A DNA stretch of 64,000 nucleotides from an uncultured Opitutia bacterium. Its GTDB lineage: Bacteria > Verrucomicrobiota > Verrucomicrobiia > Opitutales > Opitutaceae. How positions within the stretch are numbered: the first letter of the stretch is position 1; every line of letters starts with the position of its first letter. This document shows positions 9,218 through 19,048 of this stretch, in pieces. A program made the translations under genes and the position numbers. The notes under the pieces are model-generated. The model did not search any database and had not been told where the DNA came from. It was given only the letters and a program-made list of their open reading frames with translations. The stretch lies in the NCBI GenBank assembly GCA_903834135.1, contig CAILHZ010000011.1, positions 22,061 through 86,060 on the forward strand, written 5' to 3'.

Positions 9218-10783
9218 TTAATTCCCCTGATTTAAAAGTGCACCAATAAACCAACCATGACTTAAGTCACTTGGCGAGTGAGATAGATAATCTTTTCTTG
9301 GATCATCTTTTAATGGAGCTAGCCCCCCAGAACTAGCGGCTGAATCGCTGCCTATACTAAATACTTTACTCGGCGCATTCCAGCCTGCTTCAGCTGCACC
9401 GACAGCGCCTACTTTAGGATCAGCAATAAATTTAACATCCTCATTTGGTTCACTCTTAGGATGATAGCCCCAGTATAAATTATGCGAGAAATGAGTTCCA
9501 GTGCTACCGCCATTATCGTAAATACTTTGTTCAGATGAATTATATATAAGGTTATTAAATATAAAGGTATTCTTAGCCCAACCATTCCACGATTTGAAAT
9601 AGAATATCTTAGGCAAATCTCCTGCTGTACGTGGATTAGTCATGTCTGATTTCGCATAAAGCGTATTATTATAGACATAAGTATTTGTTACAGTACCCGA
9701 AAAACGAACTAAAACTCCGTTATCATTTTGACTAATATTGTAGCGCACAATGGTTCCGTCATTGAAGCCCTTACCCATACAGCACACGAGAATGAAACCA
9801 TAATCATTATCGTGACTATAATTAAACTGGAAAATACTACCTCTGCAGTTCCAATCACTGTCATACCCAGCTGCATCCACATCACCAGGATTAAACTTAG
9901 TAAAGCAGGACTCATTGTACTGAAAAAGAGCACCATCACAATCAAATGAAAAACAGGCATTTCCACTACCCTGAATTGCACACTCTTTGAAAAGATTGTG
10001 TTCAATTATAGGATTAACACAGGCGCGAATAATCAGTCCATTGCGAGCAGAACGCATAATCGTATTTCCACGAATAACAACATGTGTACTTGGAGCCCAC
10101 GTTGCTTCATCGTTCATACGATGACCCTTCGCCCAAGGTGAAACAAACGTTATACCAATCGCATTTGCATCAGTAACTTTACATCCCTCTACTAAGAGTT
10201 CATCCCACCAAGTTCTCACAGCATTACCCTCAATTAAAAAGACTATACCACCATAAGATTTATGCGAAGTGTCTTCATCATGATAATTTGCCACTGGGCC
10301 AGTAATATCATGTACGTATAAATTCTTTACTGTCACCTGAGCTAGTTTTCCTGAATTAAGCGCATGAAAAGTTATTCCGCGAAGCAACTTCTTGTGCGTA
10401 TTATCAATATTAGTAATTTCTAGATTCGATATTTCTAGGTACGAAGGATTATCGATTACGACTGTTGATAAAGCTACACTATTGCCTGCAATAACTGGAA
10501 GTGCACCTTCGCCGTACGATGTCACCTTGATTGGATTTTTCTCATCGCCATGCGCAGATAAAACCAAGCATTCATTTTCCCAGACAGATCCAGATTTTAA
10601 TAATACCTGATCTCCGGGACGTAAGGCTACACCCCCTATCTTAGCTAAACTCTTCCAAGGGTGCTCTGTGTCCAAACCTGAATTCTGGTCCGACCCAGTA
10701 ACATTCGATAAGTAGTACGTGTTTGCGTAAGCACTGGAAAGCACCACGCAGCTTAAAATTAAAGAGAATAAGGTTTTGGACAT
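9218..10783 (-). CDS. Secreted right-handed parallel beta-helix repeat protein (polysaccharide lyase/hydrolase-like fold)
   Basis: Signal peptide MSKTLFSLILSCVVLSSAYA from the ATG at 10783. Repeated approximately 22-25 aa turns are rich in N/G/I (ISNLEITNID, VKNLYVHDITG, VIRGNTIMRSARNGLII, IIEHNLF). Confidence 0.7.
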   Translation of the reverse strand: MSKTLFSLILSCVVLSSAYANTYYLSNVTGSDQNSGLDTEHPWKSLAKIGGVALRPGDQVLLKSGSVWENECLVLSAHGDEKNPIKVTSYGEGALPVIAGNSVALSTVVIDNPSYLEISNLEITNIDNTHKKLLRGITFHALNSGKLAQVTVKNLYVHDITGPVANYHDEDTSHKSYGGIVFLIEGNAVRTWWDELLVEGCKVTDANAIGITFVSPWAKGHRMNDEATWAPSTHVVIRGNTIMRSARNGLIIRACVNPIIEHNLFKECAIQGSGNACFSFDCDGALFQYNESCFTKFNPGDVDAAGYDSDWNCRGSIFQFNYSHDNDYGFILVCCMGKGFNDGTIVRYNISQNDNGVLVRFSGTVTNTYVYNNTLYAKSDMTNPRTAGDLPKIFYFKSWNGWAKNTFIFNNLIYNSSEQSIYDNGGSTGTHFSHNLYWGYHPKSEPNEDVKFIADPKVGAVGAAEAGWNAPSKVFSIGSDSAASSGGLAPLKDDPRKDYLSHSPSDLSHGWFIGALLNQGN

Positions 10784-10863
10784 GGTAGAGTAAGAGAGTA
10801 AGACTAACATAGCATACACTCTCTACTTGCGGAAGTAACATCCCACTGTTATGCATACCATGC

Positions 10864-11889
10864 ATGAATTCGATTCAAGTAAAGATAGCCAAAAAAGCAA
10901 AGGTCTCACAATCCACAGTCTCACGAGCACTCAAAAATCATCCTGCATTACCTGAAAAAACCCGGTTAAAAATACAGAAAATTGCCCGTGACTTAGGTTA
11001 CACTCCTAACCCACTAATTGCTTCTATTTTTAGATCAATGAGACGGGGTAATAAAAAAGAATCCCTAGGGACCTTAGCCTTTCTTACTGCGCATCCCACT
11101 GAACACGAATGGAAGGATTTTGCTACATACCGTGACTTTTACGAAGGCGCCTATAAACGCGCTATAGAACAGGGCTTCACAATTGAAATCCACTGGGCAG
11201 CTAACCCATCGATTACTGCAGAGCGCTTAGCTTCAATTCTTTTAGCACGTGGCATTGCAGGAGTTATCATAAGTAGTCGCGGCTCAATTAAAACTTTCAA
11301 TGAAATCCCGTGGGAAAGATTCTCTGTAGTACGCATTGGACTATCTCACCAGACACTACGTTTTAACTGCTCTGTTAATCATCAAACGCATACCCTTCGT
11401 CTGGTAAGCAACCAACTAGTAAACAAAGGATATACCCGTTTAGGATTTGCAATCACAGCTAAGCAGAATGCAGCTGCTGAGCAAAATTGGATTTCAGGAA
11501 TACTGCTTTGGCAAAGCACACAATCTGCAGAAAATATTGTTCCTATTTACTTTCCTCAAAATCTAGAAAAATTAGCATTCCTAGAATGGTATCATACTCA
11601 TAAGCCAGACGCCGTTGTTTCGGTAAATCCAGATACAGCGCAGTGGCTTAGAGAGCACGGTCTTATCATTCCAGATGATGTTGGTTTCGCACTACTTGAT
11701 TGGCATGCAGATTACGGCAACTACGCAGGTGCAGATCAAAATAACTACCTAGCTGGAGAAGCAGCTGTGGACATGCTTGTAGACCAACTTAGGCGAAATG
11801 AATTCGGTATACCTGATCACCCACGCACACTACTTATTGAAAGTTCCTGGCATGAAGGAGAAACCGTAAGGCAGAACCTACATGTCTAA
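10864..11889 (+). CDS. LacI-family transcriptional regulator
   Basis: N-terminal HTH IAKKAKVSQSTVSRALKNHP...IQKIARDLGYTPN plus a periplasmic-binding-protein-like effector domain. The stop overlaps the MFS gene start by 8 nt. Confidence 0.85.
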   Translation: MNSIQVKIAKKAKVSQSTVSRALKNHPALPEKTRLKIQKIARDLGYTPNPLIASIFRSMRRGNKKESLGTLAFLTAHPTEHEWKDFATYRDFYEGAYKRAIEQGFTIEIHWAANPSITAERLASILLARGIAGVIISSRGSIKTFNEIPWERFSVVRIGLSHQTLRFNCSVNHQTHTLRLVSNQLVNKGYTRLGFAITAKQNAAAEQNWISGILLWQSTQSAENIVPIYFPQNLEKLAFLEWYHTHKPDAVVSVNPDTAQWLREHGLIIPDDVGFALLDWHADYGNYAGADQNNYLAGEAAVDMLVDQLRRNEFGIPDHPRTLLIESSWHEGETVRQNLHV

Positions 11890-13117
11890 TACTTCAGAAC
11901 GTAGTATAAATAGTGCGAAACCCAGTGCTCTAGCCCTGAGTACATGGCTACTGCTTATTCTTGCTGGTTTAGTCACCCTATTAAGCAATTTAGATCGAGC
12001 AATTCTAACCCAACTAAAAACTACATTTACTACTCAACTCGGGATTAGTAATAGCGACTACTCGATTTTAGTAACTGCATTTATGGTGCCTTATATTGGC
12101 ATGTATTTCGTCGTTGGAAAATGGGTTGATCGTTACGGTACACGATTTTGCATCACCTTTTTCTTAACTATTATTAGTGCATCAACTTTACTGTTCACAT
12201 TCTCGCACGGCCTGTGGCAGATGGCGGCTCTGCGTTTCATTTTTGGTGCAGCTAGTGCTGGTATCTTGCCCGCAGTCTTTGTCGCTGTAACAAAATGGTT
12301 TCCAGTAAACGCACGTGGAACTGCAATCGCAATTTCTGCTCCTTTAGGAACACTAGGCACTGTATTAGCTCCTCCCTTTACCGCCTTAATCACCCTGCAT
12401 ATTAATTGGCAAATGGCATTTTGCATCCCTGGGGTTGTGGGACTTGGCCTAGCCTCAGTCTGGTACTTAGTGGATAGATCTCCCAAAATAGTCCAGATCG
12501 ATAAAAAGGATTCTTATATTAAATCGATTCTTAGAAATAAGTCCCTTTGGGGAATATTTGCTGCACGTATTATTACAGATCCATTTTGGTTTATTTTGCA
12601 ATTTTGGCAGGTCGCTTATTTCCAAGAAAAATTAGGCTTAAGTTTATCTGATACTGCCGAACTTTTATGGATTCCTCCTGTAGGACAAGCAATACTGGGA
12701 ATTGTCCTTGGCTGGTATTCTGATCATCTGATCAAAAAAGGTATGCCTGCACTTAAAGCACGTGCAGTAATTCTAACAGGGCTAATCATATTTACTCCCT
12801 GCATCTTTATTATGGCCTGGACCCATAATGTTCACGTGGCACTAATCATGTTAATACTTATACAATTCTTAGGTCGTGGTTGGTTAGGTGGTGCATCCCT
12901 TTTAGCCTCTGAATTAGTTCCTGCGACAAGTATTGCTTCAACGATTAGCATTATGAGTGCCTTAGCTGGTATAAGTAGTCTTATATTGAATGCCGCAGCT
13001 GGAAACCTCATAGATTGCTTTGGCTACTCAGTACTTTTTACAGTAACAGGCATTGCCTTTCCAATCGCCAGCTATCTTGTCTGGTATAATTACCTCAAAT
13101 CAAAATCTGCTACGTAG
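11882..13117 (+). CDS. MFS transporter
   Basis: 12 predicted TM segments and an MFS loop motif (GKWVDRYGTR). Translationally coupled to the LacI gene. Confidence 0.85.
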   Translation: MSNTSERSINSAKPSALALSTWLLLILAGLVTLLSNLDRAILTQLKTTFTTQLGISNSDYSILVTAFMVPYIGMYFVVGKWVDRYGTRFCITFFLTIISASTLLFTFSHGLWQMAALRFIFGAASAGILPAVFVAVTKWFPVNARGTAIAISAPLGTLGTVLAPPFTALITLHINWQMAFCIPGVVGLGLASVWYLVDRSPKIVQIDKKDSYIKSILRNKSLWGIFAARIITDPFWFILQFWQVAYFQEKLGLSLSDTAELLWIPPVGQAILGIVLGWYSDHLIKKGMPALKARAVILTGLIIFTPCIFIMAWTHNVHVALIMLILIQFLGRGWLGGASLLASELVPATSIASTISIMSALAGISSLILNAAAGNLIDCFGYSVLFTVTGIAFPIASYLVWYNYLKSKSAT

Positions 13118-13138
13118 AGTAGCTACCTTCTAGAATCT

Positions 13139-14914
13139 ATGAAATTACTCCGCCACTGTTTAGCTGTACTCGCATTATTATTATGCTCTTTAGTAACACA
13201 CACGTTGTTTGCTATCGATGATTATAAACCAGGTCCTGACTCAAAACCTCAAGCAGGTGTACCCAAAGGAGAAATACTGAAGTTTATATTTGAAGAGTCT
13301 AAAATATTTCCGGGGACAACACGTACAGTAAGTGTATACATACCCGATCAATACACTGGCAAAACACCTGCCTGTCTTTCCGTTTTTCAAGATGGAATCA
13401 GTTGGCTAGCTCCAACTGTACTAGATAATCTCATTTCTAAGCATGAGATTCCAGTCATGATTGGTGTATTTGTTACACCAGGAATTGTTAAAGCACTTAA
13501 TCCCACACAAGCGCTAGACCGCTTCAATCGCAGTTTTGAATACGACGGACTAGGTGATGCATACGCACGATTCATTATTGATGAAGTGCTACCAGCAGTA
13601 CAAGCACACACAACAAGCAAGGGTCTTCCTATTTTAATTTCTGACAATCCTAATGACCGTATGATTGCTGGCCAAAGTAGCGGTGCAATTGCAGCGTTTA
13701 CTGTAGCCTGGGAAAGACCTGATTCATTTAGACGTGTATATACAACGATTGGAACTTTTGTTGGCTTACGCGGTGGAGAACGTTATTCTATTCTGGTAAG
13801 AAAAACTGAACCTAAGCCGATTCGCATTTTCATGCAGGATGGTAGCAATGATCACAATTCTTACGGTGGAGATTGGTGGATGGCCAATCAATCCATGGAA
13901 AGATCGTTTAAATTTGCAGGCTATGATGTAAATCATGTCTGGGGTGACGGAGAACATAACAGTAAGCATCCTACACTTGTTTTCCCAGATGCACTACGCT
14001 GGCTTTGGAGAGATTACCCAAAACCTATTGAAGTAGGTTTAACTCAAAACCCTATGCTGGGTGATATATTAATTCCAGGTGAAGACTGGAAGTTAGTTGG
14101 TAGTGGATATATCTCAACAGATGGACCAGCAGTAAGTCCTAGTGGAGAAGTTTTCTTTAAAGATAGACCCACTAATAAGACATATAAAATTAGTCTTGAT
14201 GGCACTGTGAGTGTATTTCTTACAGATGCAGGACGTTCCTCAGGGCAAATCTTCGGACCAGATGGACGACTCTACTGTGTTCAAAGCACATCAGCTCGTT
14301 TAGTAGCGCGTGATTCAAGAGGCCAAGTCAGCATTATCGCAACAGGCATAGTACACGGCAATGATGTGGTAGTAGCTCATAATGGGAATATATATCTCAC
14401 CGATGATTTTCCCCCAACTGAGCCAACTGCACCCAGTAAGGTGTGGCTCATAAAGCCTGACCACACTAAACAAATTGTAGATACAGGCCTTCATTTTGGA
14501 AACGGAATAACACTATCTCCTGATCAGTCTCTTCTGTACGTAGATGATTCCAGAACACACTGGGTTTACTGCTATCACATTCAGCCCGATGGAACACTCG
14601 CTTACAAACAGCGCTATGATGACTTACATGTAAGAGACGTAGATGATGACACAGCTGCAGATGGAATGCGTGTAGACCGCGATGGTCGTTTATATGTAAC
14701 CACAAAGATGGGAATTCAGGTCTGCGACCAGATAGGCCGTGTGAATGCAATTATTCCAACGCCAAATGGTAAAGTCACAAATCTGTGCTTCGGTGGTAAA
14801 GATTTTAATATCTTGTACGCTGTATGCGGTGAAAACGTATACAGCCGTAAAGTAAAAGTGCATGGCGCAAATGCTTGGGATGCTCCCAACAAGCCAAAGA
14901 CGCCTAAACTCTAA
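13139..14914 (+). CDS. Secreted fusion: putative esterase (enterochelin-esterase-like alpha/beta fold) + SMP-30/gluconolactonase/LRE-like beta-propeller
   Basis: Signal peptide present. N-terminal half has GQSSGA (GxSxG) and FMQDGSNDHN. C-terminal half has the lactonase-type blades PDGRLYCV, GNGITLSPDQSLLYVDDS, ADGMRVDRDGRLYV and LCFGGKDFNILYA. Confidence 0.75.
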   Translation: MKLLRHCLAVLALLLCSLVTHTLFAIDDYKPGPDSKPQAGVPKGEILKFIFEESKIFPGTTRTVSVYIPDQYTGKTPACLSVFQDGISWLAPTVLDNLISKHEIPVMIGVFVTPGIVKALNPTQALDRFNRSFEYDGLGDAYARFIIDEVLPAVQAHTTSKGLPILISDNPNDRMIAGQSSGAIAAFTVAWERPDSFRRVYTTIGTFVGLRGGERYSILVRKTEPKPIRIFMQDGSNDHNSYGGDWWMANQSMERSFKFAGYDVNHVWGDGEHNSKHPTLVFPDALRWLWRDYPKPIEVGLTQNPMLGDILIPGEDWKLVGSGYISTDGPAVSPSGEVFFKDRPTNKTYKISLDGTVSVFLTDAGRSSGQIFGPDGRLYCVQSTSARLVARDSRGQVSIIATGIVHGNDVVVAHNGNIYLTDDFPPTEPTAPSKVWLIKPDHTKQIVDTGLHFGNGITLSPDQSLLYVDDSRTHWVYCYHIQPDGTLAYKQRYDDLHVRDVDDDTAADGMRVDRDGRLYVTTKMGIQVCDQIGRVNAIIPTPNGKVTNLCFGGKDFNILYAVCGENVYSRKVKVHGANAWDAPNKPKTPKL

Positions 14915-14916
14915 AC

Positions 14917-15135
14917 TTAATTATTTTTGTTTATGGAAGTAGAATAGACTTCAGTAAGTCTAGTTTCCATCACGGCTTTCTCGGCACGCTGCCAGTATTC
15001 TAAATCACTACCGCGCGTTGTCATATCATGCTTCCATAGTTCATCCGCAAGGTGTGCTACCTCGAGTTGCAATAAATACAGCTCATCTTCAAAGAAGTGG
15101 GCCGAACTTGATTGTTCTTGGGATTGATTTTTCAT
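14917..15135 (-). CDS. Small DUF2934-like protein
   Basis: 72 aa. The pattern LADELWKH....GSDLEYWQRAEKAV resembles the DUF2934 signature (A..iWe..G.p.G..l.dWl.AE). Weak assignment. Confidence 0.4.
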   Translation of the reverse strand: MKNQSQEQSSSAHFFEDELYLLQLEVAHLADELWKHDMTTRGSDLEYWQRAEKAVMETRLTEVYSTSINKNN

Positions 15136-15311
15136 GACTAAAGATTGAAAGAGAAAACAGGGTAATAACCTAACTTACATTACACTAAATTGCATAAGGC
15201 TTTTACACAACTCAGTGACTGTTAAGATTGAGTTAAGTTCCGATCAACAAGCCCTAAAACTGATTAATTATTTTATAAATACATGCATTGCATATATTTA
15301 TAAAATATTAA

Positions 15312-16754
15312 TTAAAGAGCGTCGCTGTACAATTTTTCGTAGCCTAGCGTTGCCTTTTTCCAGCTAAAATCAGTCTGCATACCGCGTTTTTGAACTTCTT
15401 GATAGGTAGCTTTATCAGCAAATAAAACAAGAGATCTCTTGAGTGCAGCCCTTAGCGATTCTGCATTGGGTTCATGGGTAATCCCTGTACCACGAGTAGC
15501 GTACTCGTCTATATCAATGACAGTATCTACAAGTCCACCTACACGACTTACAATAGGAACAGTACCATAAATCTGAGAGTACATCTGATTTAAACCACAG
15601 GGTTCAAATAATGACGGCATGACAAAAAAATCACTGCCCGCTTCAATTAAATGACTCATCGCCTCATCTAATTTTGGATTTAAGAAAACTTTATCGGGTG
15701 CCTGATTTTGTAATTCGCGGATACGGGCTTCAATTTTTTGATCACCAGAGCCTAAGATTACCAAGCGGCAATTTTGTTTTAAGAAAAATTCTTCGTTCTC
15801 AAGCAGTAGATCCATTCCTTTTTGTTCTACTAAACGGCATACGATGCCATACAGTGGACCAGTGAATTGAGGATTAAATCCAGCTACACGTAAAAGTGCC
15901 GTACGACACGTCGCTTTACCTTTTAAATCATTCGACGAAAAACGTGCAGGAATTAGAGTGTCAGTCTTAGGATTCCACACCTGGGTATCCACTCCATTGA
16001 TTAGACCAATAATACCTTCACTACGGGACAACACTACCCCATCTAAACCAAAACCAAATTCAGTTGTCTGAATTTCTTTCGCGTAGCGAGGACTTACGGT
16101 AGTGACTTGGTCTGCAAAGAGTATACCACCTTTAAGTAAATTAACTTGGCCGTAATATTCTAGGCCATCCACTGAATTAAGTTCTCTAGGTAAATTCGTG
16201 AGCTCAAACACTGCACTCGGGAAGAGCCCTTGATATGCAATATTATGAATCGTTAAGATTGTTTTAATTGCAAGTGTTAGCCCATAGCGTCTTTCACTAA
16301 ATCTTAAAAAGATTGGCGCAAGAGACGCCTGCCAATCATGACTGTGCACGATATCAGGCTGCAAATCGAGCAAGCGAATTGCCTCTACAGCACTCTTAGC
16401 AAAAAAGATAAAACGCTCCGCGTTATCCTCATAGTCACGTTCACCGTTACCGTAAGGGTTCCTACGATCAAAAAATTCATCCCTACAAATCAGATAAATC
16501 GACAAGTTACGTTTTGGTGAAAACACCCGCACATCCCCTGAAATGAACTTTTCACCCATTTCAATTTTAAGGCGTAAGCGGCGCTCGCTCTGAAGTGCAT
16601 CAGGGTGACTCATAGCCAACCTATAGCCTGGGATGATCACAGAAACCTCATGCCCGCTATCAGCCTGGGTGGAGCTAAGTGCACCTACGACATCTGCAAG
16701 CCCCCCTGTTTTCATATAAGGGAAGACTTCACTAGCGATATGAACGATTTTCAT
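15312..16754 (-). CDS. glgA: Glycogen (starch) synthase
   Basis: N-terminal MKIVHIASEVFPYMKTGGLADVVGAL (KTGGL motif), with GT5/GT-B architecture throughout. Confidence 0.95.
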   Translation of the reverse strand: MKIVHIASEVFPYMKTGGLADVVGALSSTQADSGHEVSVIIPGYRLAMSHPDALQSERRLRLKIEMGEKFISGDVRVFSPKRNLSIYLICRDEFFDRRNPYGNGERDYEDNAERFIFFAKSAVEAIRLLDLQPDIVHSHDWQASLAPIFLRFSERRYGLTLAIKTILTIHNIAYQGLFPSAVFELTNLPRELNSVDGLEYYGQVNLLKGGILFADQVTTVSPRYAKEIQTTEFGFGLDGVVLSRSEGIIGLINGVDTQVWNPKTDTLIPARFSSNDLKGKATCRTALLRVAGFNPQFTGPLYGIVCRLVEQKGMDLLLENEEFFLKQNCRLVILGSGDQKIEARIRELQNQAPDKVFLNPKLDEAMSHLIEAGSDFFVMPSLFEPCGLNQMYSQIYGTVPIVSRVGGLVDTVIDIDEYATRGTGITHEPNAESLRAALKRSLVLFADKATYQEVQKRGMQTDFSWKKATLGYEKLYSDAL

Positions 16755-16799
16755 CGCGAAGTAGTAAAGCTAAGGCTTTATTTAAAGCCAATCCTTTCC

Positions 16800-19028
16800 A
16801 TGACACTTCGCGAAAAGCTGCTAGCCCTTCTAGGTAGTCCGGGTTACACACCAGCTAATGAATTTGAGCTCTCCAAGAGGCTCGGTTTAAACAAAAAAGA
16901 ACGAGCTACCTTAACCCATGAGGTACGCCTACTGCTCTCTAAGGGCGAGGCTATGCGGGTCCAAGGCGATCGTATCAGAAGTAAGGGCAATTCTGGTGAG
17001 GTTAAAGGGACAATTCAATTTAGAGCTGGGGGTTCAGCCTATGTAGCCCAAGAAATACCGACTACTACTACCACACGCTTACCTCTAATTCAGATATCAC
17101 CTGAGGACACCGGCGTAGCACTACCTGGTGATACAGTACTAGTTAAGATATTTGAGGGAATATCAGGAAAAAGACCAGGCGAACTCGTAGGCCGTGTTGT
17201 CAAAGTACTCGAAAGAGGACGTACAAGTATCGTTGGTGAACTGCGTCAATTTGGTGTGCGTTTTGTCGTCGTTGCGGATGATCCACGCTTTATCCATGAA
17301 ATTCAAGTTCCAGATCCTTCGAAGACTGCAATAAAGCCAGCGCCAAAAAAAGGTGAAAAAGTAGTCATCACACTCAATGAGTGGAAACAGCGCCATCAAG
17401 CACTCACCGGAACAATTTCAAAAAGTCTTGGAAAAACACACGAGCCTAGAACAGAGCTCTTGGGTGTTTTAGAAAAGTATGAATTAAATCCAGAATTTCC
17501 TGCCGAAGTATTAACTGAAGTTGCTCACTTAAATCGGAAAGTACCTGACAAGGATTTACTTGGAAGAGAAGACTATAGGCAACTGCCTGTCTTTACTATC
17601 GATCCCGACGATGCAAAAGACTTCGATGACGCTTTATCTTATGAGCCTTTAGAAAATGGCTCTGTACGTGTGGGTATTCATATTGCAGACGTATCTCACT
17701 ATGTTCGAACAGGGACAGCCTTAGACAAGGAGGCACAAAGACGTGGCAATTCAACCTACTTAGTTGGTGTTGTTATTCCCATGCTCCCTGAAGTCCTCTC
17801 AAATGGTCTGTGCTCGTTAGTCGAAGCTGAGAATCGTCTTTGTAAAGCAGCGTTTATTACGTTCTCTAAATCTGGAAAAATAGAAGATACATATTTTGCA
17901 AATACTGTTATCTGCAGCCGTAAGCGACTCACCTACAAACAAGCCTACGCACTTTTATTCGAAGATAATTTAGAAAAGATAAAGGCACTACCCCTACCGC
18001 CAAAACATCAAACCGGTTCAACGGGTCGAGCCATTAAAGATATGGCAGATTCAGACTTAAAAGATCTGCAAAGTTGGGTTAGAGCATTATGGAAGATAGC
18101 TTCCAAATTAAGAAAAGAGCGTATGGCGCATGGTAGTCTTGATCTGGATATGCCAGAGACAAAAATATTCGTAGACGCTCAGGGCTATGCAGATAGACTG
18201 GAAAAAATACAGCATGATGAAAGTCATCAGCTCATTGAAGAGTTCATGCTAGCGGCTAATGAAGCAATGGCACGGCTCTCAAGAACACAGCTTCTACCTT
18301 CAGTCTACCGCGTTCATGATGATCCAGATGAAGAAAAACTTGAAGAATTTAGCCAGTTTGTAAGCACTTTTGGAATCGAACCTGGAGATTTATCACGCAG
18401 AGAAAATGTTGTTAAACTCTTAGCCATTTTATCCGAGCACGCTCAGGGCTATACCCTACGCACTCAATTCTTAAGAAGTCTTAAAAAAGCATGTTACCGA
18501 TCCACTGCTGATGGGCATTACGGGCTTCATAAAAAAGACTATACTCATTTTACATCCCCGATAAGACGCTATTCTGATCTCGTGGTTCACCGCGTCCTTC
18601 ACTCCTACCTTGCTAAAAACGGCAAAGGCCCTGAAGGCAAACAAGGCTACGATATTCGGGGAGTTGAAAATCTAGCCGAACACTTAAGTCAGACTGAAGT
18701 TAACTCAGCAGAAGCAGAACGAGACAGCATTAAAATCAAGCTGCTTGAATTCTTTGAGAGAGAACTTCAAAAGAAAATTAAAACTAAATTTGCAGCGATT
18801 GTAACTGACGTAAGACGTCAGGGGCTATTCATCGAACTCACAGAATCAATGACATTTGGTTTCATGAGTTCAGATAAACTAACCGGTGATACGTATACTC
18901 TAGATGGATCTGGTTCTACGTATGTTGGTAGAAAAAAGCATGCAAAGATTAGTGTTGGAACAAGACTCGAAGTTATCGTTGATAAAGTAGACCGTTACAA
19001 AAGACTTATTGATTTTAGACAGGTCTAA
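16800..19028 (+). CDS. rnr: Ribonuclease R
   Basis: RNB catalytic core (FTIDPDDAKDFDDALS, HYGL..YTHFTSPIRRYSDLVVHR) and a C-terminal S1 domain. The ATG at 16800 (MTLREKLLALLG...) is preferred. The track start at 16605 would overlap 150 nt of glgA on the other strand. Confidence 0.92.
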   Translation: MTLREKLLALLGSPGYTPANEFELSKRLGLNKKERATLTHEVRLLLSKGEAMRVQGDRIRSKGNSGEVKGTIQFRAGGSAYVAQEIPTTTTTRLPLIQISPEDTGVALPGDTVLVKIFEGISGKRPGELVGRVVKVLERGRTSIVGELRQFGVRFVVVADDPRFIHEIQVPDPSKTAIKPAPKKGEKVVITLNEWKQRHQALTGTISKSLGKTHEPRTELLGVLEKYELNPEFPAEVLTEVAHLNRKVPDKDLLGREDYRQLPVFTIDPDDAKDFDDALSYEPLENGSVRVGIHIADVSHYVRTGTALDKEAQRRGNSTYLVGVVIPMLPEVLSNGLCSLVEAENRLCKAAFITFSKSGKIEDTYFANTVICSRKRLTYKQAYALLFEDNLEKIKALPLPPKHQTGSTGRAIKDMADSDLKDLQSWVRALWKIASKLRKERMAHGSLDLDMPETKIFVDAQGYADRLEKIQHDESHQLIEEFMLAANEAMARLSRTQLLPSVYRVHDDPDEEKLEEFSQFVSTFGIEPGDLSRRENVVKLLAILSEHAQGYTLRTQFLRSLKKACYRSTADGHYGLHKKDYTHFTSPIRRYSDLVVHRVLHSYLAKNGKGPEGKQGYDIRGVENLAEHLSQTEVNSAEAERDSIKIKLLEFFERELQKKIKTKFAAIVTDVRRQGLFIELTESMTFGFMSSDKLTGDTYTLDGSGSTYVGRKKHAKISVGTRLEVIVDKVDRYKRLIDFRQV

Positions 19029-19048
19029 AATCAAATCATTAGTTTGCA

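Noticed and set aside
16605-16799. 5' extension of the rnr ORF (track start 16605)
   Set aside because: It would overlap 150 nt of glgA on the opposite strand. The extension (MTHSQPIAWDDHRNL...) has no RNase R-like sequence. The ATG at 16800 gives the typical HTH-like N-terminus.
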